Virus record (IMG/VR): IMGVR_UViG_3300037067_006209
Coordinates: 1,252-65,251 of that record
Length of the DNA stretch: 64,000 nucleotides
Direction: 5' to 3' (one strand)
Source of the DNA: a virus
A program made the translations under genes and the position numbers. Under the pieces are notes generated by a model. It searched no databases. It had not been told where the DNA came from and worked only from the letters and a program-made list of their open reading frames with translations. Numbering within the stretch: position 1 is the stretch's first letter; each line of letters opens with the position of its first letter. This document shows, in pieces, positions 49,242 to 59,593 of this stretch.

Positions 49242-52019
49242 ATGAAAAAGAAAATCAAGCTATATCAATTAAAGAATATAAAGGATTGTAAATTTAAGGC
49301 TTACATATCTCAGTTTAGCGATTTTAAGATTCTTAATAATAAGGCTAGTATGATTTCACAAATATACAAGACTATTATTAAGGATTATGATTTCATTAAA
49401 TTGACTAACGAAAAGTTAAAAGATATTATATCTACACTTATGGAAGATAAATATTTTTTAACAAATCAAGAAAAAGAAGTAGAGAGTAATATAATATTAC
49501 ATCATCTTTCGAGATATATTACATATGAAAAATTACAAAACAGAAAGATTTTATCTAAAGATACATATGGGAATATAGAATTGAACGGAGAAGAAATAGA
49601 AGTCAAAGCCGATATAATTTTTGAGAATGCTAATAGTATTGAAATTGTTAAGATTAAGACATCAGCTACAGAGTTAAGCTATAAAGCTAGAACGGACAAG
49701 AATTTACCAGAAAATGATATTGAGTTATATTTACTAAAAGTACTAGGAGAACAATTATATTCTAAATCAGATAAGCCTATTATTGCTTCATTTTATCACT
49801 TAAAAGGGAAGAAGGATAAAGAAACTATATATACTCAATTTTTATCAGATGAAAAAGAGTTACTGAAGTCATTAAATAATTTGAAATTAACAAGCTACTC
49901 TGACAAGAAGATGCAGAAGGAAGTAGATAAACAGATAAAAGAAATATCAGATATTCTGTATTTCAATAATTCTGAGGGTAATAATATTATCTCGTTTGAT
50001 TATAGTAAATCTTTAGATGATAAAATTATTGAATTATTAAATTCAGAATTAAGTTTTAATTCGGATAAATGTAAATCAAATGATTGCGATTTTTGTAATT
50101 ATTCTACTTTATGCAACTATGAGAACACTGATAATAAAAAGAATCTTGAAATAGTAAAAAGTATTAAGAAATCAAATAGTAAAATAGAACTCACAGATGC
50201 ACAGAAACAAGTTGTGGATGTTGAAGATGGTAATTATAGAATCAATGCTGTAGCAGGTTCGGGCAAATCATCAAGTGTTGTTACAAGAACGGTGGAATTA
50301 TTTGATAAGGGATTTTCTATAGAGGATATACTCTTGATTACATTTACTAATAAAGGGACTTCGGAATTAAAAGATAAAATTAAGAAACTTAAAAATATTG
50401 ATAATGATAAACTACATATATTCACATTTAATTCATTTGGAGATAGCATTGTATCTAAGGAATGGGAGACTTTAGGATTCACTCAAAAACCCCAATTAGC
50501 AAGTATTATAGATATAAATGATATTATTAAAGAAATGCTTCAAATGACTGAATATGGTAGTATTGAATGGTTAAATTACAAGAATCCTTTACTTAATTAT
50601 CCTCATGCTAAAGGTGCTTTTAAACAATTAATAATATACTTTAATATTATAAAAAGTTATAGCTACGATGTTAATACTTTCAATGAAAAAGTTTTAGCAA
50701 AAGAAAAGGTACATTTTGATAATAAGGCTAATCTTATATATGAAATGTATGCTAAATTTAATAAGATGTTGAAAGCCAAAAACTTATTGCAGTATCAAGA
50801 CCAAATATTATATTTGATTGAATTGTTTGAAAAGAATCCAAATTTAATTAATATATATGGTTATAAGCATGTAATAGTAGATGAATATCAAGACACAGAT
50901 TTTACACAAGTAAAACTACTACATTTATTAGAGAAATATAAGGATTTTAAATCCTTAATGATTGTTGGTGACGATGTTCAGGCAATTTATGGCTTCAGAA
51001 ATACTACACCTGAAAACATCTTAAATTTTGATAAAGAATTTGCAGATGTTAACGATATTTTCTTGCTTGATAATTTTAGGTCAACTCCAGAAATATGTCA
51101 TATAGCAAATGAACTTAGTAAACTAAATACTCAGAGAATTGATAAGGATATTACTAGTAGAAAGGAGCACGGTAAAGAACCATCATTAATACAATATGAT
51201 TCTTTAGAAGATGAATACACTGGAATTACCAACTGTATAAAGGAGCATATAGATAATGACATTCCTAAACATGATATATGTGTTATAGCTAGAACTAAAA
51301 AGGAGTTATTAGAAATTCAATCATATTTGAATAAAGAAAATATACCAAGTAATATTGAAGCCAGCGAGTTATTTATTGATAATATAAATGTACAATGCAT
51401 TGTAAACATAGGTAACTTCTTTAAGAACACTGAACATGATTATTACTTGATGGAATATTTATACCTTACTAAGAATGATTTTATAGGAGCAACTAATGAA
51501 GATATAATATCTTATACAAATGACTTTAAAACTAAACTATTGGAATTATTTAATACACTAGAATCTGAAGAAGAAAAAATAGATTTCTTTTATACATTAA
51601 TATATCCTTTAGTTGAAAAAGATGATATAGCCAAAAGTTTTGTTGAGAATTTACAAGGAAAAACCTTTTATAGTTTTAGTCAATTTTTAGAGTATCTATA
51701 CAAGGTTATTTTATATCATGATGATACTAGTATAGATAAAGATGAAAATAAATATGATGCTGTTACATTGACTACAGCACATTCAAGTAAGGGTAAAGAA
51801 TGGGGTATAGTTATTACTACAATTAATTCATTCCACTACGAAGATATACAAGATGATTTAACCTTATTAGAAGAAGAAAGAAGATTACTTTTTGTTGATA
51901 TTACTAGAGCAAAAAATGAATTATATATTACATATAATACCAATCAAAATAAAACTAGAAATAAAGGCAAGTATTGTTTATTTGCAGATGAACTAAATAC
52001 AATAATTGAGAAGAAATAG
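49242..52019 (+). CDS. UvrD/PcrA-family SF1 helicase with N-terminal PD-(D/E)XK-like domain
   Basis: AVAGSGKS, ITFTNK, VDEYQD, VGDDVQAIYGFR, NFRS, TAHSSKGKEW, EERRL..ITRAK; N-terminal KADII..IVKIKT and C..CDFC..C. Confidence 0.88.
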   Translation: MKKKIKLYQLKNIKDCKFKAYISQFSDFKILNNKASMISQIYKTIIKDYDFIKLTNEKLKDIISTLMEDKYFLTNQEKEVESNIILHHLSRYITYEKLQNRKILSKDTYGNIELNGEEIEVKADIIFENANSIEIVKIKTSATELSYKARTDKNLPENDIELYLLKVLGEQLYSKSDKPIIASFYHLKGKKDKETIYTQFLSDEKELLKSLNNLKLTSYSDKKMQKEVDKQIKEISDILYFNNSEGNNIISFDYSKSLDDKIIELLNSELSFNSDKCKSNDCDFCNYSTLCNYENTDNKKNLEIVKSIKKSNSKIELTDAQKQVVDVEDGNYRINAVAGSGKSSSVVTRTVELFDKGFSIEDILLITFTNKGTSELKDKIKKLKNIDNDKLHIFTFNSFGDSIVSKEWETLGFTQKPQLASIIDINDIIKEMLQMTEYGSIEWLNYKNPLLNYPHAKGAFKQLIIYFNIIKSYSYDVNTFNEKVLAKEKVHFDNKANLIYEMYAKFNKMLKAKNLLQYQDQILYLIELFEKNPNLINIYGYKHVIVDEYQDTDFTQVKLLHLLEKYKDFKSLMIVGDDVQAIYGFRNTTPENILNFDKEFADVNDIFLLDNFRSTPEICHIANELSKLNTQRIDKDITSRKEHGKEPSLIQYDSLEDEYTGITNCIKEHIDNDIPKHDICVIARTKKELLEIQSYLNKENIPSNIEASELFIDNINVQCIVNIGNFFKNTEHDYYLMEYLYLTKNDFIGATNEDIISYTNDFKTKLLELFNTLESEEEKIDFFYTLIYPLVEKDDIAKSFVENLQGKTFYSFSQFLEYLYKVILYHDDTSIDKDENKYDAVTLTTAHSSKGKEWGIVITTINSFHYEDIQDDLTLLEEERRLLFVDITRAKNELYITYNTNQNKTRNKGKYCLFADELNTIIEKK

Positions 52020-52103
52020 AGAAATACCTACAAGGGTTTCAAATGTTATGAAATATGAGTTTTATCTCATATTATTAAAATAATATTTAAAGGAGATTAA
52101 AAT

Positions 52104-52877
52104 ATGTTAGGTGCAATTCTAGGAGATATTGTAGGTTCAAGATTTGAATTTAATAAAATAAGATATAATAAATCAGAAAATTTTAATTTGTTTCAAAAAG
52201 ATTGTCATTTTACAGATGATACCGTTATGACAATTGCTACAGCAGATGCTATATTAAACAATAAGGATTTTGGAGAGTGTTATCATAAGTGGGGTAATAA
52301 ATATCCATATGGTGGATATGGAGCGAGATTTGCTAGTTGGTTAGGTTCTAGTAATCCACAACCTTATAATAGTTTCGGTAATGGTTCTGCTATGAGGATA
52401 AGTCCTGTAGGTTGGTTATATAATGATTTAGAAACTGTTTTTACTAAAGCAGAAGAATCAGCTATAGTTACACATAATCATGAAGAAGGAATTAAAGGTG
52501 CTGTATCAATTGCATGTTGTATATATCTTGCTAGGAATAAAACTCCTAAGAAAATTATCAAAGAATTTATTGAGACATATTTTGATTATGATTTATCTAG
52601 GACAATTGAGCAAATAAGACCTACATATGATTTTGATGAAACATGTCAAGGTAGTGTACCAGAATCTATAATTTGTTTTCTTGAAGGGAATAATTATGAA
52701 GATGTAATAAGAAAAGCTGTAAGTCTTGGTGGTGATACAGATACACAAGCTGGTATTGCAGGAAGCATTGCTGAAGCATATTATGGAATTCCTGATAAAT
52801 ATATTATAAAGCTTGATGATTATTTACCTGATGATATGTTAAATATAATTGTTCAATTTAATAAATTAAGAACTTGA
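52104..52877 (+). CDS. ADP-ribosylglycohydrolase (DraG/ARH family)
   Basis: GAILGDIVG, TDDT, GNGSAMR, THNH, GGDTDT. Confidence 0.93.
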   Translation: MLGAILGDIVGSRFEFNKIRYNKSENFNLFQKDCHFTDDTVMTIATADAILNNKDFGECYHKWGNKYPYGGYGARFASWLGSSNPQPYNSFGNGSAMRISPVGWLYNDLETVFTKAEESAIVTHNHEEGIKGAVSIACCIYLARNKTPKKIIKEFIETYFDYDLSRTIEQIRPTYDFDETCQGSVPESIICFLEGNNYEDVIRKAVSLGGDTDTQAGIAGSIAEAYYGIPDKYIIKLDDYLPDDMLNIIVQFNKLRT

Positions 52878-52930
52878 CATGAAATACAACTTTTAAGTAA
52901 TAATAATAAAATAAATTAGGGGATAATTAA

Positions 52931-53641
52931 TTGACAAGAAAAGAATATACACATCAGCAATGGTTAAAAAATCACAGAGTAAATGAAGATGGAGTAATAG
53001 AAAGATTATGTTCTAAATGTAATATTTGGAAAGAAGAAAGTGAAGATAATTTCTACTTAGCAAACAAATCTAAACCTGAAAAGGGATTTAGTGGTGAATG
53101 TAGAATATGTTCAATTGAAAGAGCAAAAATAATTCAGAAAAACAATCCTGAAAGAAAGAAGATATATATAAAAAAAGACAATGTAAGACCAGAGAGCAAA
53201 GCAAGAAGAAGGGAATGGAGTCAAAAAGCTAGAGATAATGGATATTATAGTGAATATTTTGTAACCAATCCAGAAAAATTAAAAGATTATAATAAAAGAA
53301 GACAACATAAAAAGCATAATATAACCGAAATTCAATGGAAATGGTGCAAAGAATATTTTAATAATTCATGTGCATATTGCGGATTACATGTAAGTGAACA
53401 TTTTCAAAAATACGCAGGAGAATTAAAACTGTTCGACTTACACAAAGAACATGTAGATGATGAAGGTTCTAATGAATTAAGTAACTGTGTTCCAAGTTGT
53501 GCCTCATGTAATAGTAGTAAAAGAGCTAATAACTTAGAAGAGTGGTATAACAGAAATAATCCGATATTTAATCAAGATAGATTAATTAAAATATATAAAT
53601 GGATTAACGAGGATTATAAATTACATATAAATAAGAAGTGA
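52931..53641 (+). CDS. HNH endonuclease (paralog family A)
   Basis: CAYCG..KEHVDDEGSNELSNCVPSCASCNSSK; TTG start; N-terminus very similar to 3702-4451. Confidence 0.85.
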   Translation: MTRKEYTHQQWLKNHRVNEDGVIERLCSKCNIWKEESEDNFYLANKSKPEKGFSGECRICSIERAKIIQKNNPERKKIYIKKDNVRPESKARRREWSQKARDNGYYSEYFVTNPEKLKDYNKRRQHKKHNITEIQWKWCKEYFNNSCAYCGLHVSEHFQKYAGELKLFDLHKEHVDDEGSNELSNCVPSCASCNSSKRANNLEEWYNRNNPIFNQDRLIKIYKWINEDYKLHINKK

Positions 53642-53700
53642 ATAAAGGTATGATTTCATTAACTAATAAAATAATATTTGAAAAGGAGTTTAAATTAATT

Positions 53701-53970
53701 ATGGGATTTATGACAACAATAACAATTTTAAATGATGCTTTTGACCAAATACAAAAAGACCCTGAAGAATTTGTAGACCAAATACAAAAGGGATTGAATG
53801 GTATAACTGATTTTGGAGATAGAGGTAGAAATATTAACACCTATGGAATAGGCAATTATTGTAACCCAATTATAATTTCAAAATCACAACATGCAGATGT
53901 TGATAGATTATATTTAGTTGGTGGAAATATGATGACTGAACTTGGATATTTTAATGATATGATAATTTAG
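53701..53970 (+). CDS. Hypothetical protein (possibly frameshifted at 3' end)
   Basis: AAGGAG RBS; alternative frame continues YDNLELRKKLLKRAKSII. Confidence 0.5.
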   Translation: MGFMTTITILNDAFDQIQKDPEEFVDQIQKGLNGITDFGDRGRNINTYGIGNYCNPIIISKSQHADVDRLYLVGGNMMTELGYFNDMII

Positions 53971-54263
53971 AGTTAAGGAAAAAATTATTAAAGAGAGCTA
54001 AAAGTATTATTAAAGAAGAAGAATAACTTATAAAAGAAATAGAAAATAAAAATAAATAGAAGGAGAATAATTATGAAGGTAGATATTTATGATTCAAGAG
54101 ATAATTGTATAAATACTATAGAAAACGCTGAAGAAGTTGAATCGTGTAAAGATGGAAGACATTTAATTACATACCCTAAAAAATGTGAGACTTGTGGACA
54201 TATTGAAGATTATATTTGGCAAATACCATAGGGATATAAAATTGAGAATAAAGGAAAAATTTA

Positions 54264-54455
54264 ATGAAAAAATTACTTATTGAAGTAATAACCTGTGAAT
54301 CTGGTGATTGGGAAGTTTTAAAAGTTGATGGAAAAATTGAATATGAAGGACATGATATACCAGAATTTGTGTGGATGACACTTATTGAAAAATTAGGGCA
54401 TACAGCTGACCCAAGAATAATTTCAGATGAAGATATGGAGAATGGTAATTATTAA
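54264..54455 (+). CDS. Hypothetical protein
   Basis: AAGGA RBS. Confidence 0.55.
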   Translation: MKKLLIEVITCESGDWEVLKVDGKIEYEGHDIPEFVWMTLIEKLGHTADPRIISDEDMENGNY

Positions 54456-54503
54456 CATGATATAAAAGACAAATTCTATAATGTTTTAAGAAAGGAGTAC
54501 ATA

Positions 54504-54770
54504 ATGAAAGAATTTTTAGCTAATTTATTTTTTAAAAATATGTTACTAGAGGTAAAGAATGATAATTATAATATGGGATATAGGATAGGTTATGAAAAAG
54601 GATACAATGAAGGACATGCTAAAGGAGAAGTAAAAGGGAAAGAATTTGGATATCTTAAAGGATTTGATGAAGGTTCAAAAGGTGGTATTTATATTAATTC
54701 AAATGGAACGTGTATAAGTAATGGTAGAGGAGAATTCAAAATAGCTTTATCTGAAAATAATATATTATAA
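54504..54770 (+). CDS. GxxxG-repeat (Yae1/FliH-like) protein
   Basis: GYRIGYEKGYNEG repeats. Confidence 0.55.
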   Translation: MKEFLANLFFKNMLLEVKNDNYNMGYRIGYEKGYNEGHAKGEVKGKEFGYLKGFDEGSKGGIYINSNGTCISNGRGEFKIALSENNIL

Positions 54771-54819
54771 AATTCAGTTTCGATGACCAATAGAGAATAT
54801 AATATAAAGGAGAATAATT

Positions 54820-55176
54820 ATGTTTTTAGAAAAACAACTAATAATGACAATTGGAATAACTCAAAATGGATGGGAACTTACTAAAGAAATGATTAATAAT
54901 TCTATAAATACTTTTGCACAAGCTCCTATTGTTTTAAACTCAAGACAAGAATATAAAAATTATAATAATCCATTTGAAGACTATTTAAATAATTGTACTG
55001 TAATAGGAGTTATAAGTAGTACACCAAATATAATTATTGAAGAAAATAATGTGTATGCAGACATTCTACTTTGGGAGCATAAAAAGAACTTTTGGAAAGA
55101 TAAATTTGATAATTGGTGTATAGAAGTAAGTGATGATAAAAAATCATTTAAACTTCAAAGTATAGAAGTATTTTAA
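54820..55176 (+). CDS. Hypothetical protein
   Basis: AAGGAG RBS. Confidence 0.6.
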   Translation: MFLEKQLIMTIGITQNGWELTKEMINNSINTFAQAPIVLNSRQEYKNYNNPFEDYLNNCTVIGVISSTPNIIIEENNVYADILLWEHKKNFWKDKFDNWCIEVSDDKKSFKLQSIEVF

Positions 55177-55181
55177 AATGA

Positions 55182-55403
55182 AATTCAATATTTAAAGAAG
55201 GAGTAAGACTTACTCATTGTCCTAAAGATTGTGAAAGAAGTAGATTTAATTTATTCGGACATGTACACAAGTTATGTATGATAAAACCATATGGGTTAAA
55301 TGTTGGAACAGATTGTCATAATTTTAAACCCATTAACGAAGAAACAATATTATTTTATAAGAATGCAATAGAAAAACATTATGATGATAATGTTTTTAGA
55401 TGA
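55182..55403 (+). pseudogene. Start-less C-terminal fragment of a calcineurin-like phosphoesterase
   Basis: LTHCP..NLFGHVH..LNVGTDCHNFKPI; bounded by sites 55178 and 55400. Confidence 0.75.
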
Positions 55404-55601
55404 AATGCCGTTTCTAATCAAACTGAAAGGAGAGATATTATGTGTAATTGTGATTATTGCAATGAATCAGAAGAAGAAAATTCATTTTGGGGTGACGTAT
55501 GCTATTATATGCAAGAACATTCATGTTCCGAGGATGAGGCTATAAAGATTATAAGAGAAATTTATTTTAAGGAAAAACAAAAGAAGGGAGATTGATAATA
55601 A

Positions 55602-55913
55602 ATGTACATAATTCAAACCAACACCAGTATGGTAAATGATATTTTTTGTGATTTTCAAAGTTTAATATTCAGAGTGACAAAATTGACATGGGAAGAATTT
55701 AAAGATTATATATTAAATGATAAGTCAGATAATACAAATATGCTTAGAAGTACAATGGATGGTAAAATAAAGCCTACCAATGTAAAAATTGAAAAAGTAT
55801 TAATTAATGATGATATTCATCTAGAAATAATAACTATTCATGGTAAATATAATTTTAAAACAAATGTTAAATATTACATGGTTACTGATGAAGCATTTAG
55901 TAACTTGAGATAG
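55602..55913 (+). CDS. Hypothetical protein
   Basis: 103-aa ORF ending in a site. Confidence 0.55.
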   Translation: MYIIQTNTSMVNDIFCDFQSLIFRVTKLTWEEFKDYILNDKSDNTNMLRSTMDGKIKPTNVKIEKVLINDDIHLEIITIHGKYNFKTNVKYYMVTDEAFSNLR

Positions 55914-55959
55914 AACTCAGATTTGGTAATATAAATACAATTGAAAGGATATTAAATAA

Positions 55960-56490
55960 TTGAGTACATATTATGCAGGAATAGGTTCAAGAGAAACACC
56001 TAAAGATATATTAAAGTTTTTTGAAAAGCTTGGTACATTTTTAGCTAAGAATGGATTAATATTACGTTCTGGTCATGCACAAGGAGCAGATATAACTTTT
56101 GAAAACGGTTGTGACAAAGTAAATGGAGAGAAAGAAATATATCTTCCTTGGAACGGATTTGAGGGTTCTAATTCAAATTTAATTGTTAGTAACCTTAAAG
56201 CATTTAAAATTGCTGAAGAATATCATCCTTATTGGCATAATCTAAAACAAGGTGCTAAAAGTTTACAAGCAAGAAATAGTCATCAAGTTTTAGGGAATAA
56301 TTTAGAGACACCATCTAGTTTTGTAATATGTTGGACTAAGAATGGTAAGGGTTCTGGTGGTACTGGTCAAGCTATAAGAATAGCAAAGGCTTATGATATT
56401 CCTGTATTTGATGCAGGAGCTTATTCAGATATTGAGATTGTTAAAAAGGAATGTAAGTTGTTTTTAATAGAACATTCAATATTAAAGTAA
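55960..56490 (+). CDS. SLOG (SMF/DprA/LOG) family protein
   Basis: YAGIGSRETP, SGHAQGAD, ARN, GGTGQA. Confidence 0.8.
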   Translation: MSTYYAGIGSRETPKDILKFFEKLGTFLAKNGLILRSGHAQGADITFENGCDKVNGEKEIYLPWNGFEGSNSNLIVSNLKAFKIAEEYHPYWHNLKQGAKSLQARNSHQVLGNNLETPSSFVICWTKNGKGSGGTGQAIRIAKAYDIPVFDAGAYSDIEIVKKECKLFLIEHSILK

Positions 56491-56799
56491 ATCGTAATAA
56501 ATTTGCAATCTGTAAATCATAGCATTATTGAATATTATAGAGTAAATAGAAGCTAGTAAATTCAAATAACGCTATAAAATGAGAGTTCTGTGATGAAATG
56601 AAAATATATTTAGTTATGAGACAATACAATTCAAATATTAAACCAATTCATGCTTACACAAATCATACTAGAGCAGTTTTGGTGTCACAGGATTATCAAG
56701 ATAAAGAACCCATTAGTTATTCACCTTGTAGGTATTATGTTGAGGATATTGAAGTAAGTGAATAAATTTGGGATTTTGTTTTAACTGAAAGGAGAAATT

Positions 56800-57234
56800 A
56801 TGGATATTACAATTAAAGAGAAAATTAGTTTATACATAGATTTTTTATCTTATATACTACCAACAAATAATGATTATGAAGTATGGATTCCTACTTGTAT
56901 TGAATGTTTACAATTTGCATTAGACAATGAAAAATTACTAAATGAAAAACCAGAATTATATCAAGATACATTGAATACATTATATCTTTTATATTCTTGT
57001 ATTGTAAAAAATGAAGAATGGGCTTATATAGAACTAAGACAAAAATTTAGAAAAATCTATAGTCCAAAAGAAGTTGGTAAAGCACTAAAAGAATTTTCTA
57101 TCAGATTAAGTAAGAAAAAAGAAGAATTGTATACAAACAATTGTTTAATAGATTTTAAAGATAATAATGGTGATTTTAAATCTGTAGAGCAGATATTATC
57201 TGAGTTAAGTATACAATTTAATAATATAAAATAA
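56800..57234 (+). CDS. Hypothetical protein
   Basis: AAAGGAG RBS. Confidence 0.6.
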   Translation: MDITIKEKISLYIDFLSYILPTNNDYEVWIPTCIECLQFALDNEKLLNEKPELYQDTLNTLYLLYSCIVKNEEWAYIELRQKFRKIYSPKEVGKALKEFSIRLSKKKEELYTNNCLIDFKDNNGDFKSVEQILSELSIQFNNIK

Positions 57235-57276
57235 AACAATATAGAATCTCAGTTTGGTTCAGAAAGGACGTTTAAA

Positions 57277-57615
57277 ATGAATATTATTTTAGGACACCTT
57301 ATAGGTGATTATTTATTTCAATCTGATTGGATGGCAATAAATAAAAAGAGCAAAGGAATTAAAGGCTTTATAGCTTGTTTATTACATAGTTTAATTTGGA
57401 CAGTGTCAGTTTATTTATTTGGGTTCTATTCTACTCATAGTATACTTGTATTTGGATTGTTGTTATTGTCTCATTTTGTATTAGATAGATGGAATTTTGT
57501 GAAATGGTTTCTCAATACTTTTAAAATAATGCCTAACCCTACAATGTGGAAAATAATAATTGTTGATAATACATTACATTTATTAATGGTATATGGTTTA
57601 TTTAAATTAATATAA
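57277..57615 (+). CDS. DUF3307-like membrane protein
   Basis: GHLIGDYLFQSDWMA..K, H..H.VLD, DNTLH; TM helices. Confidence 0.8.
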   Translation: MNIILGHLIGDYLFQSDWMAINKKSKGIKGFIACLLHSLIWTVSVYLFGFYSTHSILVFGLLLLSHFVLDRWNFVKWFLNTFKIMPNPTMWKIIIVDNTLHLLMVYGLFKLI

Positions 57616-57659
57616 TAGAAGTTCTGTTCTATTTACTTATTATAAAGGAGGAATTTATT

Positions 57660-57878
57660 ATGAGTTATAAAAATTTATGTGAAGTATGTGGAGATATTCA
57701 AGATAAAGCAGAAAATATATTTAAACTTATAGAAGAAGGAAATTATATTGAAGCACAACAAATAACAGATAAAATTACTCAATTAGGAGCATTAGCTTCT
57801 AGTATGGGACAAAAGATGGAAAAAAGATTACAGAAATATAGGAATGGAATAGAGCAACTGGGGTTTAAAAGAACATAG
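57660..57878 (+). CDS. Hypothetical protein
   Basis: AGGAGG RBS; bracketed by exact sites. Confidence 0.6.
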   Translation: MSYKNLCEVCGDIQDKAENIFKLIEEGNYIEAQQITDKITQLGALASSMGQKMEKRLQKYRNGIEQLGFKRT

Positions 57879-57910
57879 AATGTAGGTTTTATACTAAGTG
57901 AGGAGAATAT

Positions 57911-58120
57911 ATGAAGAATAATGAAATATTAACTATGGAAAAGAAAAAAGAATTAATACAATTAAATCTAGAAATGCTTAAAGGCATCCTTGAAAATAAT
58001 GGTATGGCTATAGGATTCAATAAAACCGATGATAATTTTATGTTTTTTGATAGAGAAATATATATTAAATCAGGTAAATTCAATGGATTCCAAATATCTA
58101 TACAAGAATTAAGTTATTAG
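57911..58120 (+). CDS. Hypothetical protein
   Basis: GAGGAG RBS. Confidence 0.55.
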   Translation: MKNNEILTMEKKKELIQLNLEMLKGILENNGMAIGFNKTDDNFMFFDREIYIKSGKFNGFQISIQELSY

Positions 58121-58151
58121 TCATAATAAATATAAATTGAGGTGAGGATAT

Positions 58152-58757
58152 ATTCTATTAAACGAGAACTATAGTAAGAACGAAAGCAGAGAACATTATG
58201 AACTAAAACAAATAGCAAAATACATATTATATAGTAAGGGTTATAATTGTTTGGCTACAGAAGTCTCATTAGATAAACATTGTCAATATCTTAAACAATA
58301 TAATTGGTTTAAATCTAAAGCTATAAATAAAAACATTATTGATGTTATAGGTGTTAAAGGTAATTTATTGCATTTAAGAGAAGCTACAGTGGATAAATAT
58401 AAGGTAATGGGTATAGAGTCTAAGGCATCATATGCTGACTTTTTAAATGGATTCTGCTGTCAATGTGAATATACATATATAATTGCTCCAATAGGAGTTA
58501 TACCAGTTGATAAAATTCCTGAGAAAATAGGGTTAATTGAAGTAGACCTAAATAATTATTTAATAAAACATAGTAGTAGAAAATTTGAATTTACAGGGAT
58601 TACTACAACTAAACAATGTTCTAGCCGTAAAAAAGATTTGTGGAAAAGAAATGATATTTATAGAGTTGATACTTTTAATGTATTAAGAAGAGTAGCTTAC
58701 AGAAGTTCAGTAAATGATTTGTTTAAGAACAAAGAGATTAAAATAATAGGATTATAG
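58152..58757 (+). CDS. PD-(D/E)XK nuclease, MmcB-like (probable ATT start)
   Basis: ES.EHYELK, ATEV, IDVIG, GIESKAS..DF; frame open to GAGG RBS. Confidence 0.6.
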   Translation: MLLNENYSKNESREHYELKQIAKYILYSKGYNCLATEVSLDKHCQYLKQYNWFKSKAINKNIIDVIGVKGNLLHLREATVDKYKVMGIESKASYADFLNGFCCQCEYTYIIAPIGVIPVDKIPEKIGLIEVDLNNYLIKHSSRKFEFTGITTTKQCSSRKKDLWKRNDIYRVDTFNVLRRVAYRSSVNDLFKNKEIKIIGL

Positions 58758-58925
58758 AAAAGGGGAAAATATGAATCAAGTAGATAAAGATGCTGAGAAT
58801 CCAATTATACATACATTTAATAATTATGGTTGGGAATTTATAGTTGAGTTGATGAAATATCTAGGATTAGATTGTGAAGAGTGCTAAGTAAATTTTCAAT
58901 TCATTCTATTATTAAAATAAATGTA

Positions 58926-58954
58926 TTGACTTTGTTTGCGTATAAGTTTATAAT
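58926..58954 (+). promoter_or_regulatory. SigmaA promoter
   Basis: TTGACT-17bp-TATAAT. Confidence 0.7.
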
Positions 58955-58971
58955 AATACTGAGGTGATAAT

Positions 58972-59238
58972 TTGAAATCATGTATTAGATGTGGACTATG
59001 CTGTGAATTAGAATTATGTAGTAAGGGTAGACGAAAAGATAAAAAAGTAAAAGGTAATTGTTTATATCTTATTAAACATGAAGATAATACAACGTCTTGT
59101 AAATTAGTATTAGATAATAAAATGCCTTCTTGTTGTATTAATTTTCAACAAGGATGTTTAATACAGGAAAAATATCCTTTAATGTATGAATTTCAAAAAG
59201 AATATAGAAAGGAAAAATTAAAATGTATGATGAATTAG
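58972..59238 (+). CDS. CxxCxxCC cysteine-cluster protein
   Basis: CIRCGLCC..C..C. Confidence 0.6.
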   Translation: MKSCIRCGLCCELELCSKGRRKDKKVKGNCLYLIKHEDNTTSCKLVLDNKMPSCCINFQQGCLIQEKYPLMYEFQKEYRKEKLKCMMN

Positions 59239-59534
59239 AATGTCCTTACTGTGGTAAAAATAACGATATGTCAGATGCTCTATGTGATGGACTATCAGAT
59301 GATAATAAATTTGATAAAGAGTGTGAACACTGCGGAGAAGAATTTGAAGTATATGTTGAGTTTGACCCTACATATAGTGCAAGTAAAATAGTATATGAAG
59401 ATTGTGATAAATGTTATAAAAGTGTTAGAGATATAAATAAGAAGGGAAGAACCTTCCCATTTCCGACATTAGGTAATAGACAGAAATTATGTCATGAATG
59501 TTATTGTAAACTAATGTTTAGAGAAATGGATTAA
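59223..59534 (+). CDS. Zn-finger hypothetical protein
   Basis: CPYC, CEHC, CDKC, CHEC. Confidence 0.65.
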   Translation: MYDELECPYCGKNNDMSDALCDGLSDDNKFDKECEHCGEEFEVYVEFDPTYSASKIVYEDCDKCYKSVRDINKKGRTFPFPTLGNRQKLCHECYCKLMFREMD

Positions 59535-59593
59535 TAATATAAAATAAAATAAAAGAGAGATTTTATTATGAAATATAAAGGAGGGAAATAGTT

